In this document: in pieces, positions 19,025 to 29,216 of the stretch
How positions within the stretch are numbered: position 1 is the first letter of the stretch
Layout: each line of letters opens with the position of its first letter
Assembly: GCA_934120315.1 (NCBI GenBank)
Contig: CAKOTX010000002.1
Location: 19,185 to 83,184 of the forward strand
Direction of reading: 5' to 3'
DNA length: 64,000 nt
Source of the DNA: an uncultured Clostridia bacterium
GTDB lineage: Bacteria > Bacillota > Clostridia > TANB77 > CAG-508
Made by a program: the position numbers and the translations under genes
Notes under the pieces: model-generated
What the model was told of the DNA's origin: nothing
Databases searched by the model: none
What the model saw: the letters and a program-made list of their open reading frames with translations, nothing else

Positions 19025-20463
19025 TGCCAAGACAAGATTATGAAGTAGTAATGGGACTAGAGGTTCATGCAGAATTAGCAACAAAAACAAAAATATTTTG
19101 TAGCTGCCCTACAAAGTTTGGTGCAGAACCAAATACACAAGTATGTCCAATTTGTATGGCAATGCCAGGAACATTACCTAAATTAAATGAAAAAGTAGTA
19201 GAATATGCTGTAAGAGCTGGACTTGCAACAAATTGTACAATATCAAGAGATAGTAAGAACGATAGAAAAAATTATTTTTACCCAGATACACCAAGAGCAT
19301 ATCAGATTTCACAATTTGATAAACCATTGTGCGAACATGGATATATTGAAATAGAAACAAGTCAAGGAAAAAAGAAAATAGGAATAACACGTATTCACAT
19401 AGAAGATGATGCAGGAAAATTAAATCATGATGATTTAGGTGGAGGAGCATTAATAGACCTAAACAGAGCTGGCGTACCATTAATTGAAATTGTATCAGAG
19501 CCTGATTTTCGTTCTATTGAAGAAGTTGATGCATATTTAAGAAAACTAAAATCAATACTTGAATATGTAGAAGTATCTGATTGTAAGATGGAAGAAGGAT
19601 CTTTTAGAGCTGATATTAATACATCAATTCGTCCAATTGGAGCAGAAAAACTTGGAACACGTACAGAAATGAAAAATATGAACTCATTTAGAAGTATAAC
19701 AAGAGCACTTGAATATGAGATAAATAGACAAGTTGAAGTTATAGATAATGGTGGAAAAGTTGACCAAGAAACATTAAGATGGGACGAAGTATCTGGAAAA
19801 ACATTTTCAATGAGAGATAAAGAAGACGCTCAAGATTATAGATATTTCCCAGAACCAGACTTAGTTGCAATAAAACTATCAGAAGAATACATTGAAAATA
19901 TTAGAAAAACATTACCAGAAATGCCAGAAAGCAGAAAAGAGAGATATTTAAGAGATTATAAATTATCTGAAAAAGATGCTGGAATAATAACAGCTTCTAA
20001 ATATTTATCAGATTTGTTTGAAAAAGCTTCTGAAATTTGTGGAAATTATAAAGCAGTAAATAACTGGATAATATCAGATATTTCTAGAATTTTAAATGAA
20101 ACTGAAATGGATCCAATTCAAATACCTTTTGATGCTAAGCAATTAGCTAAATTAGTTGAATTAATTGACAAAGGAACAATTAGTTCAAGTATTGGTAAAA
20201 AAGTATTGGTAGAATTATTTGAAAATCCAAGAGATCCAGAAGATATTATCAAGGAAAAAGGATGGATTCAAATTTCTGATGAAGGTGCAATAAAAGAAGT
20301 TGTACTAAAAATTATTGAAGCAAATCCACAGTCAGTTGCAGACTATAAAGCTGGTAAAGATAGAGCATTAGGATTTTTAGTTGGACAAGCTATGAAAGAA
20401 ACTAAAGGAAAAGCTAATCCACAAATGCTTAATAAAATGTTTGCAGAAGAATTAAAAAAGTAG
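19024..20463 (+). CDS. gatB: Glu-tRNA(Gln) amidotransferase subunit B
   Basis: Typical GatB N-terminus (MGLEVHAEL...) and C-terminal GatB/YqeY domain. Confidence 0.95.
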   Translation: MPRQDYEVVMGLEVHAELATKTKIFCSCPTKFGAEPNTQVCPICMAMPGTLPKLNEKVVEYAVRAGLATNCTISRDSKNDRKNYFYPDTPRAYQISQFDKPLCEHGYIEIETSQGKKKIGITRIHIEDDAGKLNHDDLGGGALIDLNRAGVPLIEIVSEPDFRSIEEVDAYLRKLKSILEYVEVSDCKMEEGSFRADINTSIRPIGAEKLGTRTEMKNMNSFRSITRALEYEINRQVEVIDNGGKVDQETLRWDEVSGKTFSMRDKEDAQDYRYFPEPDLVAIKLSEEYIENIRKTLPEMPESRKERYLRDYKLSEKDAGIITASKYLSDLFEKASEICGNYKAVNNWIISDISRILNETEMDPIQIPFDAKQLAKLVELIDKGTISSSIGKKVLVELFENPRDPEDIIKEKGWIQISDEGAIKEVVLKIIEANPQSVADYKAGKDRALGFLVGQAMKETKGKANPQMLNKMFAEELKK

Positions 20464-20465
20464 TT

Positions 20466-20512
20466 AAACGCTAAGAACAAGTTTGAATAAGGACTTGTTC
20501 TTGGCGTTTAAT
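20466..20512 (+). terminator. terminator hairpin after gatB
   Basis: 17-bp stem AAACGCTAAGAACAAGT / ACTTGTTCTTGGCGTTT with one mismatch. The T-run is weak. Confidence 0.55.
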
Positions 20513-20571
20513 TCATATGTATAAGTGTCGATTTTTGTCGAAGAAAAGTTCGCTAAATTTTTGATAAAGTA

Positions 20572-20600
20572 TTGACAAAAGCTATAAAAGAAAGTATACT
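20572..20600 (+). promoter_or_regulatory. sigma-A promoter (TTGACA-17-TATACT)
   Basis: -35 at 20572-20577 and -10 at 20595-20600, about 130 nt upstream of the 20732 ORF. Confidence 0.45.
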
Positions 20601-20731
20601 TTGGATAAATTATATAATTTCAGTAACAATAATTTTTTCGAAAATTTATATCAGTTACATTATTTCAAAAGTTATAACTTAAAATTTCAGTAAGTCTAAT
20701 AAAGATATAATAGAAAATCTATTATTATTAA

Positions 20732-21313
20732 TTGAGTCAAAAAGGAGGAATAAATATAGAAAATAAAGTTATAAAATTAAAACAGTTAGTGGAGAGCAAT
20801 GAAAATAGCATATTAAAAGATGTGTTGAACAATGTTTTAAAATTAAAAATAAAAAAGATAAGGTATGATAAAAATTTACAGTTAGGTAATATTTCAGAAT
20901 ATGAATTTGAATTGATAAAGGTAAAAGCATTATTAGAAACTGATGAAGAAATTGAAATATATTTAAAGATAATAAAAAATAGTAGAATTAAAGAATCTAT
21001 ATTTTGCTATTGGTGTACTATTTATGAAGAAGAATTGATGCAAACAAAAGATTTAGGTGATGTGGATGTGATAATAAACAAAGTAGCAATATCAGAGCTA
21101 AAAAAGAGTAGATATCAAGAAAGTATATTTTTAACAATAGAAAATAATAGAACTCCTATATTAGAATCAGGTACAGAGGTAAGTTTTATTGAAATAAGAG
21201 ATTATATTGAAGATAAAAAAGATGAATATAATGAATTGGAAAAATTATACGAATATTTTGACAGAGCAAGTAATGATGTATTGTTAGTAGGAATAAAGAT
21301 GAAACAAGAATAA
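20732..21313 (+). CDS. hypothetical protein (about 185-193 aa); start codon uncertain
   Basis: Long ORF. The only good RBS (AAAGGAGGA, 20741-20749) lies inside the track ORF and is followed at 6 nt by an in-frame ATA (20756). The true start is therefore unclear. Confidence 0.55.
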   Translation: MSQKGGINIENKVIKLKQLVESNENSILKDVLNNVLKLKIKKIRYDKNLQLGNISEYEFELIKVKALLETDEEIEIYLKIIKNSRIKESIFCYWCTIYEEELMQTKDLGDVDVIINKVAISELKKSRYQESIFLTIENNRTPILESGTEVSFIEIRDYIEDKKDEYNELEKLYEYFDRASNDVLLVGIKMKQE

Positions 21314-21388
21314 CAAAAGAAGGTGTATTGATTTTTTTTGTCAAATCTTGTATAATAATATAGAAAATTATATAAGGAGTGAGAAAAT

Positions 21389-21643
21389 ATGGAATATAAA
21401 TATACACCAGAAGGCGTTTGTTCAATGCAAATGATATTCGAAATAGAAAATAATATAATAAAAAAATTAAAGATTGTTGGAGGATGCCCAGGAAATACTG
21501 TAGGTGTATCTAAATTAGTAGAAGGCAGAAATATAGATGAAGTTATAGAAATGCTAAAGGGGATACCATGTGGAATAAAAGGAACATCTTGTCCAGATCA
21601 AGTAGCTAGGGCATTAGAAGAATATAAAAAAGAGATGCACTAA
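21389..21643 (+). CDS. TSCPD-domain protein (TIGR03905 family)
   Basis: GTSCPDQVARAL motif and conserved Cys pattern (GGCPGN...CG...GTSCPD). Confidence 0.75.
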   Translation: MEYKYTPEGVCSMQMIFEIENNIIKKLKIVGGCPGNTVGVSKLVEGRNIDEVIEMLKGIPCGIKGTSCPDQVARALEEYKKEMH

Positions 21644-21656
21644 TATGTGCATCTTT

Positions 21657-23582
21657 TTAATATAATTCATTTTCAGAAATATTTGTATTATTTCCAGTAT
21701 CTTTGTTTCCATTGTTAATTCCCATATATGGTAAAATCTCAGAAAGCATTTTTCCAGCAGTTGGTGCTGCAATTTGTCCACCATTGTGGTTAACACCTTC
21801 ACCAGGTGATTTTAAAATTACAAGTAAAACAATTTGTGTATTTTCAACAGGAGATATTGCTAAGAATGAAGCAGTATATCCATCTTTTGAACCATTTATA
21901 GGTTCTGAAGTTCCTGTTTTACCACCAATAGAATATCCAGACATTTTTGCAGTAAATTCTGCATCATCTTTGTTATATTTTACTTTATATCCAGTACCAT
22001 TTTCTACAACAGATTCCATCATAGTAGCTACTTTATCAGCAGTACTTTTTGAAATTACTTGACGAACTTCTTGAGTTGAGAAAGTTGTAACTTCTCCAGT
22101 ATCAGTATTAGTAATTTTATCTACAATTTGTGGTTGAACTAAAACACCATCATTAGCTATTGCAGATGCAGCTGTTATCATTTGAAGAGGTGTAATAGTG
22201 AAACGTTGTCCGAAAGACATTGTTCCAAGTTCGTGGTCATTTATTTTATTTATATCATAGAAAATTCCTGATGATGGTTCTCCAGAAATTGAGATTCCAG
22301 TTTTTCCGAAAAATCCATATGCTTCATAATATTTGTAAGTAATATTTTTTCCGATTTTGATACCTAATTCAACAAAAACAGGGTTACAAGAATTTTCTAA
22401 GGCATTTGTTAAACTTTGTGCACCATGAGAATTTGGATATTTAAAACATTTTATAGGTCTTGATTCGCCAGGAACTGTTATAGAACCATTACAATTATAT
22501 ACAACAGAGCTTGTATCTGCGAACTTTTCTTCTAATGCTATAGAAGATGTAATTATTTTAAATACAGATCCAGGTTCATAAGTATCTGTAATAGCTTTAG
22601 GTGTCCACATTTTGTATAATTCTTTGTTTTTATCTTCACTTGATAGGCTATCCCATATTTGAGATAGATGTGAATTTGGAGTATTTTTATCATTGCAATC
22701 AAAGCTTGGATAATCTGCCATTGCTAATATTTTTCCATTAGTTGGATTCATAGCAATTGTAATTCCGCTTTCACATTTATATTCTTCTACAGCTTCTGAA
22801 AGATATTTTTCTACAATGCTTTGAATATTTGAATCTATTGTTAAAGTTAAATCATAACCATTTTCAGCAGCAATATAAGATTTGTTAGAATTTGCAATTT
22901 CAGATTGACTTGCATCTTTTAAACTAACAGATTTTCCTGCAGTACCACTAAGAAATGAATTCCAAGAACGTTCAATTCCCATAGAACCTTGATTGTCTGC
23001 ACCGACAAAACCAATAACAGTAGAAGCTAAAGTTTTATTTGGATAAGAACGAGAAGTAGTTTCTTCAAAAGTGATTCCAGTTTTCATTTTTAAATCTTTA
23101 TTACAAGTTTCTATCCATTTATTTATAGTATCAACTTTTTCTTGATTTACATCAGAAGCTATAAGAACTCTACTTGATGAAGAATTTAGTTTTTCTAAAA
23201 GTTCATTATAATCTAATTCAAGAGTAGTGGCTAAATATTGAGCAATATAAGATTTATTTTCAGCTTTAATATCTTTTGGAGTAATATAAACTTTATCTGT
23301 TTCATAGCTAATAGCAAGTGTTTTTCCCTTGGCATCATAAATTGTACCACGTTTAGCAGAAATTGTTTCTGTTAAAGTTTGTTGAGATGTAGCTAGATTT
23401 TGTAATCTACTTCCATCAATAAATTGAATGTATCCAACTCTAAAAATAAGGACAAGCATTATAACAATTATAAAGCATGTTACAACAACAAGTCTTATAG
23501 GTTTTATTGTATTTGGAACATTTATATCATTTGTTATATTAACTGATTTTCTTTTTGTTTTTCTATTTTTTTTCTTATTCAT
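21657..23582 (-). CDS. class B penicillin-binding protein / peptidoglycan D,D-transpeptidase (FtsI/SpoVD family)
   Basis: N-terminal TM anchor. Transpeptidase motifs SVFK (SxxK), SCN (SxN) and KTGT. Confidence 0.88.
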   Translation of the reverse strand: MNKKKNRKTKRKSVNITNDINVPNTIKPIRLVVVTCFIIVIMLVLIFRVGYIQFIDGSRLQNLATSQQTLTETISAKRGTIYDAKGKTLAISYETDKVYITPKDIKAENKSYIAQYLATTLELDYNELLEKLNSSSSRVLIASDVNQEKVDTINKWIETCNKDLKMKTGITFEETTSRSYPNKTLASTVIGFVGADNQGSMGIERSWNSFLSGTAGKSVSLKDASQSEIANSNKSYIAAENGYDLTLTIDSNIQSIVEKYLSEAVEEYKCESGITIAMNPTNGKILAMADYPSFDCNDKNTPNSHLSQIWDSLSSEDKNKELYKMWTPKAITDTYEPGSVFKIITSSIALEEKFADTSSVVYNCNGSITVPGESRPIKCFKYPNSHGAQSLTNALENSCNPVFVELGIKIGKNITYKYYEAYGFFGKTGISISGEPSSGIFYDINKINDHELGTMSFGQRFTITPLQMITAASAIANDGVLVQPQIVDKITNTDTGEVTTFSTQEVRQVISKSTADKVATMMESVVENGTGYKVKYNKDDAEFTAKMSGYSIGGKTGTSEPINGSKDGYTASFLAISPVENTQIVLLVILKSPGEGVNHNGGQIAAPTAGKMLSEILPYMGINNGNKDTGNNTNISENELY

Positions 23583-23691
23583 AAATTCACCATTCTTTTG
23601 TTAAAATTTAAATATATTTTATAATAAAAGGTTATAAAAATCAATAAAAAAATTAAATAATCTAAATGAGATTAATAGAGGAGGATAAAAC

Positions 23692-25218
23692 ATGTTATCA
23701 AAAGTAAAATCAATAACTTTGAGTGGTCTTGATGGAAACTTAGTTGAAATTCAAACAGATATAAGTAATGGTATACCAGAATTTGATATAGTTGGTTTAC
23801 CAGATACAACTGTTAAAGAAGCTAAAAAAAGAATAAAATCAGCAATAAATAATTCGGGTATAGAATTTCCAAATAAAAAAATATTGATAAACTTGGCACC
23901 TGCCAATATAAAAAAAGAAGGAAGTAGTTTTGATTTAGCAATGGCAATTGGAATACTAATTGCAAAAGATTGCATTCCAAATATAGATGTAAATAAATTA
24001 GTTAATACAATATTCATAGGTGAACTTTCTTTAGATGGAAAAATAAATAGAACTAATGGAGTATTACCAATGTGTATTGAAGCAAAAGAGCTTGGAATAA
24101 AAACTGTAATATTACCAGTTTCTAATGCAAATGAAGCTGCAATTATTTCTGAACTTAATATTATTCCAGTTTCTGATTTAAAAGAAGTTATTTATTATTT
24201 AAACAGAGAAAAAATAATAGAAAGTTTTATTGCCAAACGCAATTGTGTTAAAGAAAAATATCAAGTTGATTTTTCAGATGTAAAAGGACAAGAAAATGTA
24301 AAGAGAGCATTAGAAATAGCAGCTGCTGGAGGACACAACTGTTTGATGGTTGGTGGGCCTGGAGCAGGCAAAACAATGCTCGCAAAAAGGTTAACAACTA
24401 TTTTGCCAGAGTTAACAAAAGAAGAGGCAATGGAAGTTACTAAAATTCATAGTATAGCAGGGGAGTTAAAAAGGGATGGTTTGATTACAAATAGACCATT
24501 TAGAATGCCACATCATACAGTACCAATTAGTACAATGATAGGTGGTGGAAAAACTCCTAAGCCAGGCGAAATAAGTTTGGCACATTGTGGAATTTTGTTT
24601 TTAGATGAATTGCCCGAATTTAATAGAAATATTTTAGAATCTTTAAGAGAACCACTAGAAAATCGAGAGATTATAATAAATAGGTTAAGTGGAAATTATA
24701 GATATCCATGTAATTTTATGTTTGTTGCTAGTATGAATCCATGTCCATGTGGAAATTATGGTGATGAAGAAAAAGAATGTAAATGTACAGAAAAAGAAAT
24801 ACATAGATATTTAAATAAAATTAGTGGACCATTATTAGACAGAATTGATATTCAGGTTGAAGTAAAAAGATCAAAAATAGAAAATATTAGTTCAAAAAGT
24901 AAAGTTGAAACTTCAGAAGAAGTTCGTGTAAGAGTTGACAAAGCTAGACAGATTCAATTAGAAAGATATAAAAAATATGGGATTTATTCTAATTCTGAAT
25001 TAAATTCCAATATGATTAGTGAATTTTGTCAAATAGATGAAGAGGGAGAAAAGCTGTTAAAAAGTGCTTTTCAAAAACTAAAATTAAGTATGAGAGCATA
25101 TCAAAGAATTTTAAAAGTAGCTAGAACAATTGCGGATTTAGAAGAAAGCAAAAAAATAAAAATTCAACATTTGGCTGAAGCAATACAATATAGAAGTTTA
25201 GATAAATTTATTAAATAG
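23692..25218 (+). CDS. YifB/ComM family Mg-chelatase-like AAA+ ATPase
   Basis: Lon-like N-domain. Walker A GGPGAGKT. Cys cluster C-x2-C-x-C...C. ChlI-like C-terminus. Confidence 0.9.
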   Translation: MLSKVKSITLSGLDGNLVEIQTDISNGIPEFDIVGLPDTTVKEAKKRIKSAINNSGIEFPNKKILINLAPANIKKEGSSFDLAMAIGILIAKDCIPNIDVNKLVNTIFIGELSLDGKINRTNGVLPMCIEAKELGIKTVILPVSNANEAAIISELNIIPVSDLKEVIYYLNREKIIESFIAKRNCVKEKYQVDFSDVKGQENVKRALEIAAAGGHNCLMVGGPGAGKTMLAKRLTTILPELTKEEAMEVTKIHSIAGELKRDGLITNRPFRMPHHTVPISTMIGGGKTPKPGEISLAHCGILFLDELPEFNRNILESLREPLENREIIINRLSGNYRYPCNFMFVASMNPCPCGNYGDEEKECKCTEKEIHRYLNKISGPLLDRIDIQVEVKRSKIENISSKSKVETSEEVRVRVDKARQIQLERYKKYGIYSNSELNSNMISEFCQIDEEGEKLLKSAFQKLKLSMRAYQRILKVARTIADLEESKKIKIQHLAEAIQYRSLDKFIK

Positions 25219-25224
25219 AAAGGA

Positions 25225-26112
25225 TTGAAAAATACGGAAACAATTGCAATAGAATATTTTGATAGTAGATATCCAGAACAATTAAGAGAACTGAAAAAAC
25301 CGCCTTCAAGATTATATGCAAAAGGTGATGTACAGCTTTTAAATGAGTTTGGAATTGCGGTTATTGGATCTAGAAAAAATACACAATATGGTGAAAGAAT
25401 GTGTAAAATGTTTGTGAAAAATTTGGTTGATTTTAATATAAATATTATTAGTGGACTTGCTGAAGGCATTGATAGTATAGCTCATACAACATGTTTAAAA
25501 AACTCTGGAAAAACAATAGCAATTTTACCATCAGGACTGGAAAATATATATCCGTCTAAAAATAGAAAATTGGCAAATGAGATAATTGAAGGAGGAGGAC
25601 TGTTATTATCTGAATATGAAAGTAATGTTAAAGCTGATTCAGATAAATTTTTAGAAAGAAATAGAATTGTTGCAGGATTAGCCAAAGGAACATTGGTTGT
25701 AGAAGGTGGAATAAGAAGCGGGACAAGTGTTACAGCAAGATATACATTACAAGCTAAAAAGCCGGTATTTTGTATTCCTAGTAGCATTGAAAATATTAAA
25801 GGAATTACACCAAATGAATTAATAAAAAAAGGTGGAAAACTTGTAACACAAGTAAAAGATATTTTGGATTTTTTTTCAGACATAAAATTTGTATGTCAAA
25901 AAAAGAAACAAGTAGATATATATATCGATATTCCTGAAAATTTAATTGATGTATATAAAGTTATAACAAATACTCCAAAAGATGCAAATGAAATTGCAAA
26001 ATTATTAGAAAAATCCGTAAGTGAAGTCAATTACAAATTAACATTATTACAACTAGAAGATAGAATAATACAAATTTCAGGCAAAGGATATATTAGAAAA
26101 AATGATGATTAG
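25225..26112 (+). CDS. dprA: DNA processing protein DprA (Smf)
   Basis: DprA Rossmann-like fold signature (GIAVIGSRKNTQYGE...ISGLAEGIDS...VVEGGIRSG). Confidence 0.9.
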   Translation: MKNTETIAIEYFDSRYPEQLRELKKPPSRLYAKGDVQLLNEFGIAVIGSRKNTQYGERMCKMFVKNLVDFNINIISGLAEGIDSIAHTTCLKNSGKTIAILPSGLENIYPSKNRKLANEIIEGGGLLLSEYESNVKADSDKFLERNRIVAGLAKGTLVVEGGIRSGTSVTARYTLQAKKPVFCIPSSIENIKGITPNELIKKGGKLVTQVKDILDFFSDIKFVCQKKKQVDIYIDIPENLIDVYKVITNTPKDANEIAKLLEKSVSEVNYKLTLLQLEDRIIQISGKGYIRKNDD

Positions 26113-26121
26113 GAGGATTAC

Positions 26122-26472
26122 ATGAATAAGAGAAAATTTGGAATGATAGGAGAAAAAATAGCACAAGGATATTTAAAAGATAATGGATATGAAATTATAG
26201 ATACTAATTTTTATACAAAAATGGGAGAAATAGATATAATATGTAAGAAGGGTAATAGTATTGTTTTTGTTGAGGTGAAAACTAGAACTACATTAGAATA
26301 TGGAACTCCTGCTATAGCTGTAAATACTAACAAAAAGAAACATATTAAGCAAACAGCTAAAGTATATATTCATTTAAATAGATTATATAATTATAATGTG
26401 GAATTTGATGTTATAGAAGTAATTATAATGCATGGAAAATGCAAGATAAATCATTTGAAGCAAACAATGTAA
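26122..26472 (+). CDS. YraN-family (UPF0102) putative endonuclease
   Basis: 116 aa with the conserved KGE/ELD/VEVK pattern (GEIDII...VFVEVKTR). Confidence 0.8.
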   Translation: MNKRKFGMIGEKIAQGYLKDNGYEIIDTNFYTKMGEIDIICKKGNSIVFVEVKTRTTLEYGTPAIAVNTNKKKHIKQTAKVYIHLNRLYNYNVEFDVIEVIIMHGKCKINHLKQTM

Positions 26473-26476
26473 ATTC

Positions 26477-26506
26477 TTGACAAAACAGCATAAAATTGGG
26501 TATAAT
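26477..26506 (+). promoter_or_regulatory. sigma-A promoter for rsmA (TTGACA-17-TATAAT)
   Basis: -35 at 26477-26482 and -10 at 26501-26506. The first ATG in the track ORF (26506) falls in the -10, so the real start is 26539. Confidence 0.5.
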
Positions 26507-26538
26507 TGACATGTGATTGTATTAGAAAGGATACTAAA

Positions 26539-27408
26539 ATGGAAAATATATTAGAAGAAACTAAATTTATTATGAAAAAATATAATATTAGAGCAAATAA
26601 GAGTTTAGGACAAAATTTTTTGATTAATAGTGAAGTTGTAGAAAATATTGTAAATAGTAGTGAAATAAATAAAGAAGATATGGTAATAGAAGTTGGTCCT
26701 GGATTAGGAACTCTTACAAAATATCTTCTAGAAAAAGCAGGAAAAGTATTATGTATCGAATTAGATACAAAGATGATAAAAATATTAAATGATAGATTTT
26801 CAGAATATGATAATTTTGAAATAATTAATGCAGATGTATTGAAAGTGAATTTAAACGAAATAATAGAAGAAAATAAGAAAAATGAAACTATAAAAAATGT
26901 AAAAGTAGTTGCAAATTTACCATATTATATTACAACACCAATTATTATGAAACTCTTAGAAGATAAACTTGATATAGAAAGCATTACAGTTATGATTCAA
27001 AAAGAAGTTGCAGACAGGCTTATAGAAATTCCAGGAGGAAAAAATACAGGTGCAATAACACATACAGTATATTATTATTGTGAATCTGAAAAAATAATGG
27101 AGGTCCCAAATAGTTCATTTATACCTGAACCAGAAGTAACATCAGAAGTAATAAAAATGAATTTGAGAAAAGAGCCTGGAGTAAAAATAGATAATCCTAA
27201 AGTAATGTTTATGATTATAAAAAGTGCTTTTATGCAAAGAAGAAAAACTTTATTAAATTCGTTAACAAATACTAAAGTATTTATAAATAAAGAAGAGGGA
27301 TTAAATATTTTAAAAAAATTAAATCTTAATGAAAACATTAGAGCAGAAGAATTGTCACTTCAAGATTTTGCTAATATAGCTCAAGAAATTACAGGAAAGG
27401 AAGAGTAA
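26539..27408 (+). CDS. rsmA: 16S rRNA (adenine1518/1519-N6)-dimethyltransferase RsmA/KsgA
   Basis: LGQNFLIN motif and SAM-binding VIEVGPGLGTLT. RBS GAAAGGA before ATG26539. Confidence 0.9.
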   Translation: MENILEETKFIMKKYNIRANKSLGQNFLINSEVVENIVNSSEINKEDMVIEVGPGLGTLTKYLLEKAGKVLCIELDTKMIKILNDRFSEYDNFEIINADVLKVNLNEIIEENKKNETIKNVKVVANLPYYITTPIIMKLLEDKLDIESITVMIQKEVADRLIEIPGGKNTGAITHTVYYYCESEKIMEVPNSSFIPEPEVTSEVIKMNLRKEPGVKIDNPKVMFMIIKSAFMQRRKTLLNSLTNTKVFINKEEGLNILKKLNLNENIRAEELSLQDFANIAQEITGKEE

Positions 27409-27410
27409 AA

Positions 27411-28349
27411 ATGAAGATAGTTTTTATGGGAACACCAGATTTTGCAGAAAAGTCATTAGAAGGAGTTTATAATGCAGGACACGAAATTTTAGCAGTAGTA
27501 ACTAACCCAGATAGACCAAAGGGAAGAGGAATGAAAATGGTTGCTTCTCCAGTAAAAGAATTTGCGGTTTCTAAAAATTTAAAAATATATCAACCAGAAA
27601 AAGTTAGAAATAATGTTGAATTTATTGAAGAAATAAAAGCTTTACAACCAGATGTGATTTGTGTAGTTGCATATGGAAAAATTCTTCCAAAAGAAATTTT
27701 GGATATTCCAAGATTAGGTTGTATCAATGTTCATGGTTCATTGTTGCCTAAATATAGAGGTGCAGCTCCAATTCAATGGGCGGTAATAAATGGTGAAAAA
27801 GTAACAGGTGTTACAACAATGTATATGGATGTTGGAATGGATACTGGAGATATGATTCTTAAAGAAGAAGTAAATATTGGAGAAGATGAAACAACTGGAG
27901 AATTATGGGATAAACTATCTGAAGTGGGTGCAAAATTATTAGTTAAAACTTTAAGTCAGATAGAAGATGGAAATGCCCCAAGACTTCCACAAGGCGAAGA
28001 TTTTACAATGGCTCCTATGTTAAATAAAGATATGTCAAAAATTGATTGGAATTCAAAAACTGCTAAAGAAATTAAAAATCTTGTAAGAGGGCTAAACCCA
28101 ATAATGGGAACCTATTCTTATTTAGATGATAAAAAAATAAAATTCTGGAAAGTTGATGTGTTACCACTTGAAAATGAAAATGTAGAAAATGGTACAATTT
28201 TGAAATCTAATAGTAAAGATGGATTATATATAAAAGCTAAAGATGGAGTGATAAAAGTTTTAGAAATTCAAGGTGAAAATTCTAAAAGAATGCCTATCCA
28301 AGATTTTTTAAGAGGAAATGAATTAGAAGAAGGAAAAAGATTTGAATAA
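27411..28349 (+). CDS. fmt: methionyl-tRNA formyltransferase
   Basis: MKIVFMGTPDFA N-terminus. Formyltransferase core (HGSLLPKYRGAAPIQWA). Confidence 0.95.
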   Translation: MKIVFMGTPDFAEKSLEGVYNAGHEILAVVTNPDRPKGRGMKMVASPVKEFAVSKNLKIYQPEKVRNNVEFIEEIKALQPDVICVVAYGKILPKEILDIPRLGCINVHGSLLPKYRGAAPIQWAVINGEKVTGVTTMYMDVGMDTGDMILKEEVNIGEDETTGELWDKLSEVGAKLLVKTLSQIEDGNAPRLPQGEDFTMAPMLNKDMSKIDWNSKTAKEIKNLVRGLNPIMGTYSYLDDKKIKFWKVDVLPLENENVENGTILKSNSKDGLYIKAKDGVIKVLEIQGENSKRMPIQDFLRGNELEEGKRFE

Positions 28350-28385
28350 ATAACAAATATGAAAAAAATTTATTTATAGTCAAAA

Positions 28386-28414
28386 TTGACATAATATCAA
28401 AAAAGTGATATAAT
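28386..28414 (+). promoter_or_regulatory. perfect consensus sigma-A promoter TTGACA-17-TATAAT driving the GC-rich gene; about 92-nt leader with two small hairpins
   Basis: -35 at 28386-28391, 17-nt spacer, -10 at 28409-28414. The leader (28415-28506) has TGTAATGgttCATTACA and ATAGC...GCTAT inverted repeats. RBS AAGGAGGAATAGT-ATG. Confidence 0.6.
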
Positions 28415-28506
28415 TTGCATGTAATGGTTCATTACACAATTTAATGATAGCTTATAATAGGGCTATTATGAATTATCCTTAAAACATTATTACAAGGAGG
28501 AATAGT

Positions 28507-29148
28507 ATGCCAGGAATTTTGTATCATCTTAGTTTTGCAGAGGAGGTATATCGGAAATTAGCACCAGTCATGCCTTTGGATAAGGTTTCTTTTATGGCTG
28601 GCAACCTGATTCCTGATTTGGCCACCGACAAGAAAAAGTCTCATTATCGCAAGAAAGCGTCTGTCGACGGTTTCTTTGTTCCTGAAATGGAATTGGTAAA
28701 AAGAGACCTATTCGTGCCTGAGGACTCAGTTAAGTTCGGAATGTTCTGTCACCTGTATCTGGATTATTATTTCATCGAGGAGTTCTTGATTCCTGAATTT
28801 ATTTGGGATGTTGATAAGATGAGAGTAATCAATCCTAGAAACCACAAAGAGTGGGATGTAAAGACTTTCTTCTCTCATTCTGGTATGTATGGTGCATACA
28901 CCGAAATCAACCAGCTGATGGTGAGAGATGGTCATGTATCACTCAGCACTGTTGAAGAAATTCCGGAAATTCTGCCCAACACAGGCTTGACCGTGTTTGA
29001 TACAAGACGCGAAAAGACCTGGAAGGCAGAGCTGGAGGAGTATTTGGCACAGAAAAAAGAATATACCGGAGAAATTTTTGATTATAATAGGTTGTGGAGC
29101 TGTATCGAAAGAATCGCAACCCAATTTGTAGAAGAAATTTCTAAATAA
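28507..29148 (+). CDS. GC-rich (about 42%) hypothetical protein, possibly a zinc-dependent phospholipase C-like / metal-dependent hydrolase (weak call)
   Basis: His/Asp spacing recalls the Zn-PLC family (H7, D37, H46, HLYLD with H+4 D). Codon usage is unlike the host: ctg, gcc, gac and ggc are used. Confidence 0.5.
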   Translation: MPGILYHLSFAEEVYRKLAPVMPLDKVSFMAGNLIPDLATDKKKSHYRKKASVDGFFVPEMELVKRDLFVPEDSVKFGMFCHLYLDYYFIEEFLIPEFIWDVDKMRVINPRNHKEWDVKTFFSHSGMYGAYTEINQLMVRDGHVSLSTVEEIPEILPNTGLTVFDTRREKTWKAELEEYLAQKKEYTGEIFDYNRLWSCIERIATQFVEEISK

Positions 29149-29166
29149 GTTATACAAAATGGCAAA

Positions 29167-29208
29167 GAGCCACTGAACTGCAAAGTTTGGTGGCTCCATT
29201 CTTTTTTA
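29167..29208 (+). terminator. terminator after GC-rich gene 1
   Basis: GAGCCAC...GTGGCTC stem followed by CATTCTTTTTT. Confidence 0.55.
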
Positions 29209-29216
29209 TAGGAAAT

